A program made the translations under genes and the position numbers. A DNA stretch of 64,000 nt from an uncultured Nitrospinota bacterium. GTDB taxonomy: Bacteria; Tectomicrobia; Entotheonellia; J063; CAVPRW01. Below are positions 1-10,065 of the stretch, piece after piece; position 1 is the stretch's first letter, and each line of letters begins with the position of its first letter. Location of the stretch: positions 32,001 through 96,000 of the forward strand of contig CAVPRW010000027.1 in assembly GCA_963707985.1 (NCBI GenBank), written 5' to 3'. The notes beneath the pieces were generated by a model. That model saw nothing but the letters and a program-made list of their open reading frames with translations. It was not told where the DNA came from and searched no databases.

Positions 1-811
1 GGGGGCATCGCGCCATGAGCGTTCCGGCCAAGTGACCATGCCCGGTGTCTTCTCTCGTTACTACCTGGTCAGATGCCATGCCAGTCTGGGCACGTTCGCT
101 GAGGGCCAGGCCATGGCAGAAGAGGGGCTCCGGATTGCCGAGGCAGCCCCGGACCCCGCCAGCCTGATGTTCGCTGCCTGGGGGATAGGTGTATTAGCTC
201 TTCGCCAAGGCGATCCGGGCAAGGCGCTCCTTCATCTCGAACGGGCGATGACCATCTGTCAGAACGCCGACCTCCCGGTCAATTTCCGCGGGATAGCCGC
301 GGACTTGGGCGCAGCCTACACCCTGGGCGGGCGCGTTTCCGACGCCGTGCGGCTATTGGTGAGGGCGATTGGGCAGAGCACCGTGGTGACAGATCGCCGC
401 GCCGAAGCGCTTTGTTGTCGCGCCATGGCGGAGGCACAGATGCTGTCGGGACACCTGGAGGAGGCACACGTCCTCGCCGAGCACGCCCTGACACTGACCC
501 AGGAGAACAAGCAGCGGGGCAACCAGGCGTATACTCTGCACCTTCTCGGAGAGATCGCATCGCGGCGCGGCCATTCAGAGCGCGATCAGGCCGAAGCCGC
601 ATACCAACAGGCCCTCACCTTCGCCGAGGAGCTCGGCATGCGGCCGCTCCTCGCCCATTGCCATCTTGGCCTGGGCCGATTATTTATGCAGGTGGGCCAG
701 CCGGAGCAGGCACACGTTGAACTAGTCACGGCCGTCAAGTTTTACCGTGCCATGGACATGACGTTTTGGCTCCCCGGCGCTGAGGCCGAGCTGGCACAAA
801 TAGTCGGATGA
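1..811 (+). CDS. C-terminal TPR region of an adenylate/guanylate cyclase-AAA ATPase-TPR (STAND-like) protein, 5'-partial
   Basis: The frame is open from the window edge. Motifs YQQALTFAEELGMRPLLAHCHLGLG and YRAMDMTFWL. Clear paralog of the 7250-8050 region. Confidence 0.85.
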   Translation, partial: GASRHERSGQVTMPGVFSRYYLVRCHASLGTFAEGQAMAEEGLRIAEAAPDPASLMFAAWGIGVLALRQGDPGKALLHLERAMTICQNADLPVNFRGIAADLGAAYTLGGRVSDAVRLLVRAIGQSTVVTDRRAEALCCRAMAEAQMLSGHLEEAHVLAEHALTLTQENKQRGNQAYTLHLLGEIASRRGHSERDQAEAAYQQALTFAEELGMRPLLAHCHLGLGRLFMQVGQPEQAHVELVTAVKFYRAMDMTFWLPGAEAELAQIVG

Positions 812-991
812 CGACCGGTAGAGAGGGGCATAACGTAAGGGCGGCGCCCGGTGTCACCACTATCCGTGACATGGGCAATCACCTGGAAGCGATCCTCCAT
901 CAAGAGCCCAAGACGCTGCTTGAAGACCGCTCGTGACGACCTGGATGGGCGACTTCCAAGCCACGCCAGCTTGCGATGTTGCAGGAGCCCA

Positions 992-1207
992 TCAGGTCCC
1001 GGCCGTCTGGAGCACGACCCCTAGTTCGTGCGGAGCTGTGCCCGATTTGAAGTATAGTCGTTCAAACCCGATGACTTCTCCCCGCGCATCTTTAATCAGA
1101 ATTATCCCCTGGCCGACTTCCTCACAGACTTCCTCGTGCTCCGGGTCATCCCAGTAGACGGTCAGGGTTTCTCCAATCGGATCGTGGATGACTCTGATGT
1201 GGGCCAT
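992..1207 (-). CDS. DUF2283-family small protein (putative antitoxin)
   Basis: 71 aa, acidic. The D..GETLTVYW...GIILIKD..GEVIGFE pattern is typical of DUF2283. Overlaps the upstream gene. Confidence 0.7.
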   Translation of the reverse strand: MAHIRVIHDPIGETLTVYWDDPEHEEVCEEVGQGIILIKDARGEVIGFERLYFKSGTAPHELGVVLQTAGT

Positions 1208-1512
1208 ATCCGGTCTCCTTCTTTAATCTTATCGCAGGGATAGGCGGTGATGAGAAACCCCTCTTCGTCCAAGCGTTTGACCACAGCACACAGCAGCCGC
1301 TGCTGATCAGTGCGGTAATAAAGGAACACCGCACGATCCTGCCGACTCTGGCACACTTGATTGGGATGGGCAAGGACTTGGGCCACGTCTTGGGCGCGGC
1401 CACGCAACTTCGGATGCTTGGCCTCCAGCCGCGACCAATGGTCCGCCGTGGTTCGGACCGAGAACCCTAGCGGAGTTGCCACGTCGAAGAGATAGCTCGC
1501 GCCCTCGCTCAA
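1162..1512 (-). CDS. DUF4258-like putative RelE/BrnT-fold toxin
   Basis: TPLGFSVRTT..HW....KHP and C-terminal GFLITAY..DKIKEG motifs. TTG start at 1512 inferred. Paired with DUF2283. Confidence 0.65.
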   Translation of the reverse strand: MSEGASYLFDVATPLGFSVRTTADHWSRLEAKHPKLRGRAQDVAQVLAHPNQVCQSRQDRAVFLYYRTDQQRLLCAVVKRLDEEGFLITAYPCDKIKEGDRIWPTSESSTIRLEKP

Positions 1513-1897
1513 ATTGCTTCCTTGTGCAGCTCGTTGGTTTCCACCCGCCACGAGCCGCGTCAGTCTACCGCGCACACCGAAAGGTTCCACCCCCTCTTGC
1601 CTCTGTATGCATCGGCAGAACATCGCTGTCTACCTTCAGATGAAGCGGTGTTCAACCATCCGTGATCAGCTCTCAGAGCGCCCACGAAACTGCCGCTTCA
1701 CAGACACGGTGGCGTGAGGCTCGATCTGTCGACGCGGAATTGTGAATGGACGATAGCAGACGGAATCCACTCGGTCAAGCGCTAGTGCTGAACGGTGCTA
1801 AACGGGTTGGTCGAAGCGCTGGATCAGCTGCAGGCTTGTTCAGGCTCTTTCCCGTGGAGGGAAGAAAGCTTCCCCACCACGTCGCGAGCGCGTCAAA

Positions 1898-2047
1898 CTA
1901 AATCAGGCCACAGACGATTGGTACACCGATCATGTCGCCCTGAGCGCAGCGAAGGGTCTCAACGGCGAGATTCTTCGCTGCGCTTAACATGACAGCCTGG
2001 ACAGTCGTGCCAGATGAAGTGTCCCAATGTCGTGTGGTTCGATTTAG
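1898..2047. repeat. 150-bp palindromic MITE/REP-like element
   Basis: Imperfect ~29-bp terminal inverted repeats (CTAAATCAGGCCACAGACGATTGGTACAC / GTGTCCCAATGTCGTGTGGTTCGATTTAG) enclose an inner hairpin at 1933-1994 (CTGAGCGCAGCGAAGGGTCTC / GAGATTCTTCGCTGCGCTTAA). Confidence 0.7.
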
Positions 2048-2443
2048 GGGTGCCCAAGGGCACGGTCTACGGAAAGCTCACCCGCGAGGCAATTCATAAT
2101 GATATCGCCTGCGCTGGCGATGGTCGCCCGGAACGTCCTCGTCTATGCCTATTATGAGGATGTCCCTCAATACCCCGCCGGGCGACCCTGACGGGGGTGA
2201 TCGCTTGGCGAACATACATCACCTATCTATGGGGGGTGTGCGCTGAGAGCAACGCTCACAATGCATCTCCTGCGACGCAACATATGCAGTGCCATTCAGA
2301 GGGATCAGCAGCTGGTCCTGGAAGACACGCCACACGCCCGGAATCTCCGGCCACCCGGTACTTGACGCATCCGACGCAATCTAAGTAATCTTCGGTGAGC
2401 CCCTCCCGTGCGATGCAGACTGGTGTGGGCAACCTTATCCCAT

Positions 2444-4657
2444 CTATGGAATGAAATTTAGCTCCTCTGGCAGTGGTGGGACGATCGGGACCTCGAAGAA
2501 CTGTGCCGGTTCCGGGTGCATGACCAGCCCGCCATCTGAGGCAAAAAACTCGGCGATTTGCTCTTGCGCACCGAGGGCAATGTCCAACAACAGGGGCGAC
2601 AATGGGAAGGGCAGATTGAAGAAATACAGAAAAACATGTGGGTTTTTCGGTACCGCTGCTGGATCCATGGCAAAGGCGAGATCATGCCGATAATACGTCG
2701 CCTGCTCCGCCAGGTCTCCTGCGCGCAGCATGGCCGTGGTGGTGGGGTTCGGATGAGCTGTGTCGCCTTTGGCAAACTGCAGGATGACTGGTTTGGCCGG
2801 CACGCCCTTGAGTGGTTGTTTCTGGAGGTGTACGGCATACGCCACCGGGTCGCCAGCGCCGGACACCCACTCCGCGTGCTCAAAGAATTGTTGAAGGGCC
2901 ATGGCGCCGGGTACGGTATTGATGACCGGGGACTGGTTCCGGAGTGGCATGTTCTCATTGAACTCCGTGCCGCCGACATTGATGAGCGACGGCACCCGCG
3001 CGGCGAGGTTCGCACCCACGCCCGGTCGGAACATGCCGAGTCTGTTTGTCTCAAGGAAGGGACCGCCTGGGACGTTGGGAACGCCGGCGCGCACCAGTGG
3101 TTCCACCGCTAGAAAAAGCGTCCCGTACACACCTCCCCAAGATACCCCCGTATAATAAATGTGTGTAGGATCCAAGTCGGGAACGCCGTCGCCTTGGATG
3201 TCTACGCCGGCCTTGATCACCCGCACCAACTGCATTAGGTCCACGACCGTCTGCCGAAAGCCGTCGCGGTTGCTGATGATCCCATGCGGCGGGCTGGCAT
3301 TCAGGCCCTCGCTGGCGCCAATGCTGCCATTGTTGTTCAGATCGACGCTACGCCCGCCAGCTGGAAAGGTCACCGGGCCACTGGGAGTGGAGACGGTCAA
3401 GGTGCCATCGGCGCCTCTCCCATGGCCCACCATATTTATGGCGATCGTGGCGAGCCCTTTAGCGGCCAGGCTGTCGGCGATAAGAAACGCGCCGCCCTGT
3501 TTGCTTTCCGTCCCACCGTGACCGAAGATGACCACTGGCCAGCCTTTTGGCGGGGTTGCGCCTGACGGCAGGAAGAGATTGAAGAAGATCTCACTCTCGC
3601 CTTGGACCATTGGCACGCCCGAGCGTGTGCCAATCGGCGGGATGAACTTCTCGGGCGTCTCATAGTCGGGCGAGCGGTACTTCCCAAAGGCGAGCATACC
3701 CACCGAACCATCTACAGGGAGAGCCTCCAGAAACACTTGGACAGCGGAAAAAGCTGACGGATTCACACGCACTTGTTGGTTAAACAGAATGCTGTCTACC
3801 TCGCTCCGCGCGAAGACTGTTCTGGTGCCGCCGGGGCCGAGCAGGAAATCCGCCGGTTCAGGGCTCTGGCCTTTGAGCTGCTGGCGGATCTTTTCTAGCA
3901 GTGCCGTGGTGCTCTGGGTGGTGAATACACTGGCCGCGACGATATCCGTAGGCGCTACCCCCGCCTTCCTGGCTGCGGCTAACCCCTCAAGCAGCGCTTG
4001 GCAATACGCCTTCAGGGCGGGGTCTTTGGTCTGGCCGAAGTTCAGATGCTTGCGGAAGTGGACGAAGGCCTCTGAAGCCTTAACCGCATCGCCTTGCAGG
4101 TCTCGGAGTCCGCTGGTCACCAAGAGCGCATAGCGCGTCTGTTGGGTGAGGAGTTCGTCGGACTCCACGTGGAGCGTGTGGATTTCCTGGTCCCAGACGA
4201 TCTGATTGATCCCGACCACCTGGCTAGCGGCCTTGTGGCCGCGGAATGTGGTCCCCAGGTTGACCAGGAACACGGTGTTGCTGGTGACCGTCGTCACATC
4301 GATGGGACCGCTGAAGGGGATCGAGAGGCGAGTCTGGAGGTTAAAGCCATCGAGGGTGTTGATGACGTGAAGATCGTCGCAGTCGGAGGGACGCGTTGCG
4401 CAGTCGGGGAGCGGCAAGTTTACCCGCAACCCGGTATTATGGCTGGGGTCAGGCACGGTGAATCGGTCGCTGGGGAAGGGACCTCCGGTGGGAGTCTCCA
4501 GATTGAAGAGGGCATGGACGCCCGCGGCGAGCGTGCCCGCAGGCGACAAAAAGACGACCGGAAGAGCAAAGAGCAGCATCGAGCGACAACGAAAAGCTTT
4601 AGTGAGTACCTGCCACAGGCATGTTGTAATCGTCGTCAACAGACTTCGCCGACTCAT
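2444..4657 (-). CDS. Secreted Ig-like domain + alpha/beta-hydrolase (lipase-like) protein
   Basis: GGAG RBS before ATG 4657. Hydrophobic signal-like segment, PFPSD and LDGF N-terminal motifs of virulence-factor-lipase-type proteins, GHGG oxyanion motif, GVSWG nucleophile elbow. Confidence 0.75.
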   Translation of the reverse strand: MSRRSLLTTITTCLWQVLTKAFRCRSMLLFALPVVFLSPAGTLAAGVHALFNLETPTGGPFPSDRFTVPDPSHNTGLRVNLPLPDCATRPSDCDDLHVINTLDGFNLQTRLSIPFSGPIDVTTVTSNTVFLVNLGTTFRGHKAASQVVGINQIVWDQEIHTLHVESDELLTQQTRYALLVTSGLRDLQGDAVKASEAFVHFRKHLNFGQTKDPALKAYCQALLEGLAAARKAGVAPTDIVAASVFTTQSTTALLEKIRQQLKGQSPEPADFLLGPGGTRTVFARSEVDSILFNQQVRVNPSAFSAVQVFLEALPVDGSVGMLAFGKYRSPDYETPEKFIPPIGTRSGVPMVQGESEIFFNLFLPSGATPPKGWPVVIFGHGGTESKQGGAFLIADSLAAKGLATIAINMVGHGRGADGTLTVSTPSGPVTFPAGGRSVDLNNNGSIGASEGLNASPPHGIISNRDGFRQTVVDLMQLVRVIKAGVDIQGDGVPDLDPTHIYYTGVSWGGVYGTLFLAVEPLVRAGVPNVPGGPFLETNRLGMFRPGVGANLAARVPSLINVGGTEFNENMPLRNQSPVINTVPGAMALQQFFEHAEWVSGAGDPVAYAVHLQKQPLKGVPAKPVILQFAKGDTAHPNPTTTAMLRAGDLAEQATYYRHDLAFAMDPAAVPKNPHVFLYFFNLPFPLSPLLLDIALGAQEQIAEFFASDGGLVMHPEPAQFFEVPIVPPLPEELNFIP

Positions 4658-4910
4658 AAGAACTCCTGCCCTGCTAGAGACACTGCGTCCGGTATATGTA
4701 GCGTGTGGCTTTCCTCTCCTCCGTCCCATCACCCAGCTCGGGAGGGACAGGGCACGGACACTGATAAGGGTCAACTGTAGTGCTCCCGAGCAAACAAGTC
4801 ATGATCGTTTCCTGGTCATTTCATGGTCGTGGTGTGTGCATTTCGTGCTATGCTGCGCGCGGTTGCAGCGGCGAGCAGCGCACGGCTTCAGAAGAGGGGA
4901 GGAGCGGGCG

Positions 4911-7900
4911 ATGCGGTATAGGTTTAGCGACCTTACGCTCGACACAGGACGCTATGAGCTGTGGCGGGCCGGGACGCTGGTCAACCTGCAGCCTAAGGTG
5001 TTCGATGTGCTGACCTACCTCATCGAGCAGCGTGAGCGCGTCGTCTCCAAGCAGGAGTTGCTGGAGCAATTCTGGCCACGGCAGTTCGTCAGTGAGGCGA
5101 CGCTGAGCTCTTGCATCCGGGCGGTACGGAAGGCAGTTCGAGATTCGGGGCGGGTCCAACGGGTCATTCAGACGCTCCACGGGCGGGGTTTTCGCTTTGT
5201 GGCGGCGATCGAGGGAGATCGCCAGGAGTGGCGCGGGAGCGCCGTGCCAACCAACCCAGCCCTGACCAGGCGGCTGGAGCCGCCGGGCTGCCCCGCGCCG
5301 AGCGAGGCGATGTTCGTGCCCAATGACCCGGAGTCGAGTGCACCCGAGCACCTGACGGCCGCCGTGGTCGATGCAGAGTACAAAGTAGTGACCGTGCTCA
5401 GCGTTGGCCTGGTGGGGGTGACCGCTTTGGCGGCCCAGCGGGGCCCCGAGGCGATGCACCGCCTGATGCAGGCGTGTCTGGCCACGGCGCAGCAGGTACT
5501 GCCGCTCTACGGGGGAACGCTGACCCAAATCACCGGTGAGGGCTTCGTGGCACTGTTTGGGGCGCCGCTGGCAGATGAGGATCATGCCCAGCGGGCCGTC
5601 CTGGCCGCCGTCACCTTGCAACAGGCGCTGCAGACGCGCGGGGAAGGCGGAAGCCTGGCGGTCCCGCTCGGCATTGGGGTGCACACCGGGCCCGTGATCG
5701 CGGGCAGCCTGGGCACGGAGCGCCATCGGCTGTATACCCCCGTGGGCGAGACCTTCGAACTAGCCAGTCGGCTGCGGCAGCGGGTGGCCCCCGGCGCGAT
5801 TCTCCTCAGCACCGTCACCCAGCGACTGGTGCAGGTAGAAGTCCACGTGGACGACGCAGGGATGATCGGCATGGGAGTCGACGCTGCCTTACTGCCGGTG
5901 TACCAGGTGCGTGGGATTACGCGGCGGCGATCGGGGGTGCTAGGGCATGGAGGACGCGCTTTGAGTCGGTTCGTCGGGCGCGAGCGGGAAATGGCGATGC
6001 TGCACGAGCGCTTGCGGCACGCCATCCAGGGGCAGGGACAGGTGCTCGGCATCGCCGGCGAGCCCGGCATCGGCAAGTCACGACTGCTCTACGAATTCGC
6101 CCAAAGCCTGCACGATCGACCGGTGACCTACAGCGAAGGGCATTGTCTGGCCTATGCCCGCGCTACGCCGTATCTGCCAGTGCAGGACCTGCTGCGTCAG
6201 CTCTGTGGGATCACTGAGGTGGATAGCTCAGAGGCGATCACCACGAAACTCCACGCCTATCTGGGCACGGTCGGCATGACGCCAGCGGACGAGGCCCCAT
6301 ATCTCCTGCAGGTCCTGGGCGTGGCGGCCGAGGGAGACCCGTTGGCCGCGCATCACCCGCGTGCGATCAAGGCGCAGATGTTTGCCACCCTGCAGCAGTT
6401 CTGCCTGTCCATCAGTCGGCGGCAACCCCTCGTTCTGGCGGTGGAGAACTTGCACTGGAGCGATCCCACCTCGGAGGAATGGCTGAGCGCGCTAGTGGAG
6501 CGCATCGCCGGGGCGGCCATCCTCCTACTTCGGCACTTGCAGGCCGCCGAATTTCTTCATGAGACCTACGGGGGCCCAGAGCCGATATACACGTTCAATC
6601 ACGCGCTCACCCAGGAGGTGGCTTACAGAAGTCTCTCACACGAACGCCGCCGTGTCGTCCACGCACAGATCGTCGAGGCCCTCGAACGGCTGTACCCGGA
6701 CCGCCTCCTCGAACAGGTCGACCAACTCGCCCACCATGCCTTCCACGGTGAGCGGTGGGAGTAAGGCCTTCGCCTACTTATCGGCAGGCCGGCGACAAAG
6801 CGATGAGGCGCTGGGCCTACCGGGAGGCGGTGGAGTATTTTGAGCGGGCGCTCAGTGCCCTCCTGCATGTGCCAGAGACGCGCGACACGCGTGAGCAGGC
6901 CATCGATCTTCGGCTGGCCCTGCGTACGGCGCTCTATCCGTCTGGCGACTGGGAGCGCATCCTCGCGCACCTGCGCGCAGCCGAACCCCTCGCGGCGGCC
7001 CTCGACGATCCACGTCGGCTGGGTCAAGTCTCGGTCTTTCTGGCACACCAACTCCGTAACCGCGGTATGTATGACCAGGCCATCACCGCTGGCCAGCGCG
7101 CCCGTGTGCTCGCCACGGCCAGCGGGGATATTGTCCTGGAGGCACTCGCGAACCAATACCTTGGCGTAACCTACCGGGACCAGGGCGACTATCGTCGGGC
7201 GATCGACTGCCTCGGGCAGGCCGTAGCGTTCTTCGCGAGGATGCGGTGCCACGAGCGCTTTGGCCAGCTGATCCTGCCCGCGGTGTTCTCTCGTGCCAAC
7301 TTTGCCTGGTGCCAGGCCGAGTTGGGTCTGTTCGCCGAGGGCCGTGCCTTGGCGGAAGAAGGGCTCCGGATTGCTGAGACAGCTGGGCACCCGGGCAGCC
7401 TGCTGTTTGCCGCATGGGGGATCGGTCAGCTGGCCCTCCGCCAAGGCGACCTGCCGAGGGCACTTCCGCTGCTCGAACGCGCCATCGGTCTCTGTCAGGA
7501 CATGGCACCAGGTGCGCGCCGTCCGGCCAATTTCCTCATGCTGGCTGCGGCCTTGGGCGCAGCCTATGCTTTAGACGGGCGCGTCTCCGACGCCGTGCTA
7601 CTGCTCACGCGAGCCCTTGAGCAATGTGCGGCGATGAAAGAAGGACCCTCCGAAACGCACTGCCGTCTCGCACTAGGGGAGGCGCAGCTGCTGTCGGGCC
7701 GCCTGGAAGAGGCTTACGCCTTCGCCGAGCATGCACTGGCGCTTACCCATGAACTCCAGGAACGGGGCTATCACGCGCATGCTCTGCGCCTCCTCGGCGA
7801 AATTGCGGCGCGGCGCGAGCCTCCAGAGCGCGAACTCGCCGAAGCCCATTATCGGCAAGCCCTCGCCCTGGCTGACGAGCTCGGCATGCGTCCGCTTCTC

Positions 7901-8110
7901 GCCCATTGCCATCATGGCCTGGGCAGATTATATATGCGGGTGGACCAACTGGAACAGGGTCGTGTCGAACTGTCCGCCGCCATCGCGCTGTACCGTGCCA
8001 TGGAGATGACCTTCTGGATCCCCAGCGCCGAGGCCGCGCTGGCAAGTCTGGCTGAATCAGGGTTGCTGCGACCGGCGAGCGGGCTTATAGCTTCTCAGCG
8101 CTCTACGTGA
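4911..8110 (+). pseudogene. wHTH (OmpR/CadC-type) - cyclase-like - AAA ATPase - TPR regulator, internally deleted and frameshifted
   Basis: GGAGG RBS before ATG 4911. LQPKVFDVL and IQTLHGRGFRF wHTH motifs, class III cyclase-like region, Walker A GEPGIGKS. Abrupt ILLL|RHLQAAEFL junction near 6530. Extra bases at ~6762 and ~6781 shift the frame into ORF 6755-8110. Confidence 0.8.
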
Positions 8111-8227
8111 GACGGTCATGCTATGAGTTGAGCACTTCAAATGTGCTACTATGGGGAGCACAGTAGCGCCATCTCTGCCGTAGCAGAAAACTTTGTGATG
8201 CAGCACTTTAAACCAGTGCAATAGGGA

Positions 8228-9514
8228 ATGATGACCATGGCCATGCAGCGTCGCAACTCGGCGCAGAACTACTACTATTTCGGCCTGCTGCTGGCCGGCG
8301 TTGTCTTCAGCGCGGTGAGCCGGCGTCTTGAACCGCTGCTAGTTGTCTTACCCCTGGTCATCGCTTTACTACATAGCCGATTAACCCAGGATAGGCCCGT
8401 ATTCTCGGTTCGATGTCAGATGACGCCGCTGCGGACGTTCGAAGGGGATCGTGTTTCCGTCGAGCTCACGATACGCGCCGAGACCGACGTGCCGCCGATG
8501 GAAATCTGGCATCTCATCCCTCCCGAAGCGGTTTGCCCTGGGGGACGTCATCGCGTGCTGTTGGCTCTTCGGGAAGGGGAGGAGCGGACCCTGCAACATG
8601 AGGTCATCTTCCCGCGGCGTGGCAAATACGTTCTCGGCCGCCTGTATAGCCGCGTCCACCCCGGCACCGACCTCCAACCATTACTGGCGGAATACCACTA
8701 TGAGCAGGTGTGTCATGTTTATCCGCATGTGGTACCCTTGCCACACCATCTTCCACCGACACATACGCACGGCTCCTTCGGCAACTATGTCTCACGCACG
8801 GCCGGCGACGGGTTGGAATTTGCCGGTATCCGTCCCTATAGCAGCGGCGATCGCATCCGACGCGTGCACTGGCGGGCCTCCCTGACGCGGCAGCAACTCT
8901 ATGTCACCGACTACTATTGTGAACGCAATGCCGATGTGGTGATCCTGCTCGACACCCTGGTGTCGCTTGGCACGCTGCAGGCCAATACCCTGGACGTGGC
9001 GGTGCGTGCCGCGGCATCACTGGCCGCCCATTATCTCTATCACAAGGACCGCGTCGGGTTGATTCATTACGGTGGCGTGTGCACCTGGCTGCCACCGGCA
9101 ACGGGGCAACTCCAATTGTATCGTATTCTGGATGCCCTGCTGGGGACCCAAACGCTGTTTAGTTATCTGACCGCCGACATCGCCCGCATTCCGCCCCGTG
9201 TGCTGCCTCCTGGAGCGCTGATCTTTGTCATTACCACGATGCTCGACACGCGTATCGACGTAGCCCTGCATGATCTGCTCGCCCGTGGGTTTCAATTTGT
9301 GTTACTGATCATCTCGCCCGCGCACGTCATGCCCAGGTCACGCCATCAACGCCACAGCGAAGCCGCGGCCCGCCTGTGGCGTCTGGAAATGGACCTGCGT
9401 CTACGCGAATTGCGGCGCTCCGGAATGCCAGTGGTGATGCAGGATTCCGATGACCCGTTGGCTGGCCTATACTCTGTACTCTCCCGAGGTCGTCTATGGC
9501 GGCGCACAAGCTAG
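8228..9514 (+). CDS. DUF58 domain protein
   Basis: G.EFAGIRPYSSGDRIRRVHWRAS motif, VILLD, DRVGLI, and an N-terminal TM pair. Confidence 0.9.
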   Translation: MMTMAMQRRNSAQNYYYFGLLLAGVVFSAVSRRLEPLLVVLPLVIALLHSRLTQDRPVFSVRCQMTPLRTFEGDRVSVELTIRAETDVPPMEIWHLIPPEAVCPGGRHRVLLALREGEERTLQHEVIFPRRGKYVLGRLYSRVHPGTDLQPLLAEYHYEQVCHVYPHVVPLPHHLPPTHTHGSFGNYVSRTAGDGLEFAGIRPYSSGDRIRRVHWRASLTRQQLYVTDYYCERNADVVILLDTLVSLGTLQANTLDVAVRAAASLAAHYLYHKDRVGLIHYGGVCTWLPPATGQLQLYRILDALLGTQTLFSYLTADIARIPPRVLPPGALIFVITTMLDTRIDVALHDLLARGFQFVLLIISPAHVMPRSRHQRHSEAAARLWRLEMDLRLRELRRSGMPVVMQDSDDPLAGLYSVLSRGRLWRRTS

Positions 9515-10035
9515 GACTGGCGTGCTGGCTGGGACTGCTGACCGTGCTCTGGTCCCTGTATCCACTGCTGTTTTCGCAGGCACGCGGAGTCATCGTGCTG
9601 ACGATTTTGACGGGTGGGCTCGGCGCCTTCGGTTGGGTGGCCGGGATGCCGCTTCTGGTGGTATGGAGTGGCGCACTGGGCCTGTTCAATCTCACCTTGA
9701 CCCTGGTGATCACCGCCCAGCCCCCGAATGTGTGGCTGGGGCTGAGTGCCGGGATTACTCTCCTGGCGCTCCTGGATGGTAGTCAGCGCTTCGCCTACCT
9801 CAAGCACTGCCATGTCGAGCCTGGGGTGCTGACGGCCTGGCTGGCCATTTTCATGCGCATCGCTGGACTCTCCCTGGCCGCAGGGATTGCACTGGTCCTG
9901 CTGGTGGTGATTCTCCCCACCCAAGGTGCGATGGCTTCGGGCGCGGGAGTGTTGACCATCATCGGGGCGAGCCTGTTCGTTGGCGTGCTTGCCCTGTTGT
10001 TGCTGTACACCAGTCGCTGGCCCGAGCGGGAATAA
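9496..10035 (+). CDS. Hypothetical multi-pass membrane protein
   Basis: 179 aa with about six hydrophobic segments. Overlaps the end of the DUF58 gene. Confidence 0.7.
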   Translation: MAAHKLGLACWLGLLTVLWSLYPLLFSQARGVIVLTILTGGLGAFGWVAGMPLLVVWSGALGLFNLTLTLVITAQPPNVWLGLSAGITLLALLDGSQRFAYLKHCHVEPGVLTAWLAIFMRIAGLSLAAGIALVLLVVILPTQGAMASGAGVLTIIGASLFVGVLALLLLYTSRWPERE

Positions 10036-10065
10036 CACCTTGCTGCCAATCACAGGCGCCTCCTC

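Noticed and set aside
841..935. GVTTIRDMGN amidohydrolase-like peptide
   Set aside because: Only about 20 codons with no start or context; at most a tiny relic.
4458..4910. N-terminal extension of ORF 4458-6764
   Set aside because: It overlaps the divergent lipase-like gene. The RBS and domain start point to ATG 4911.
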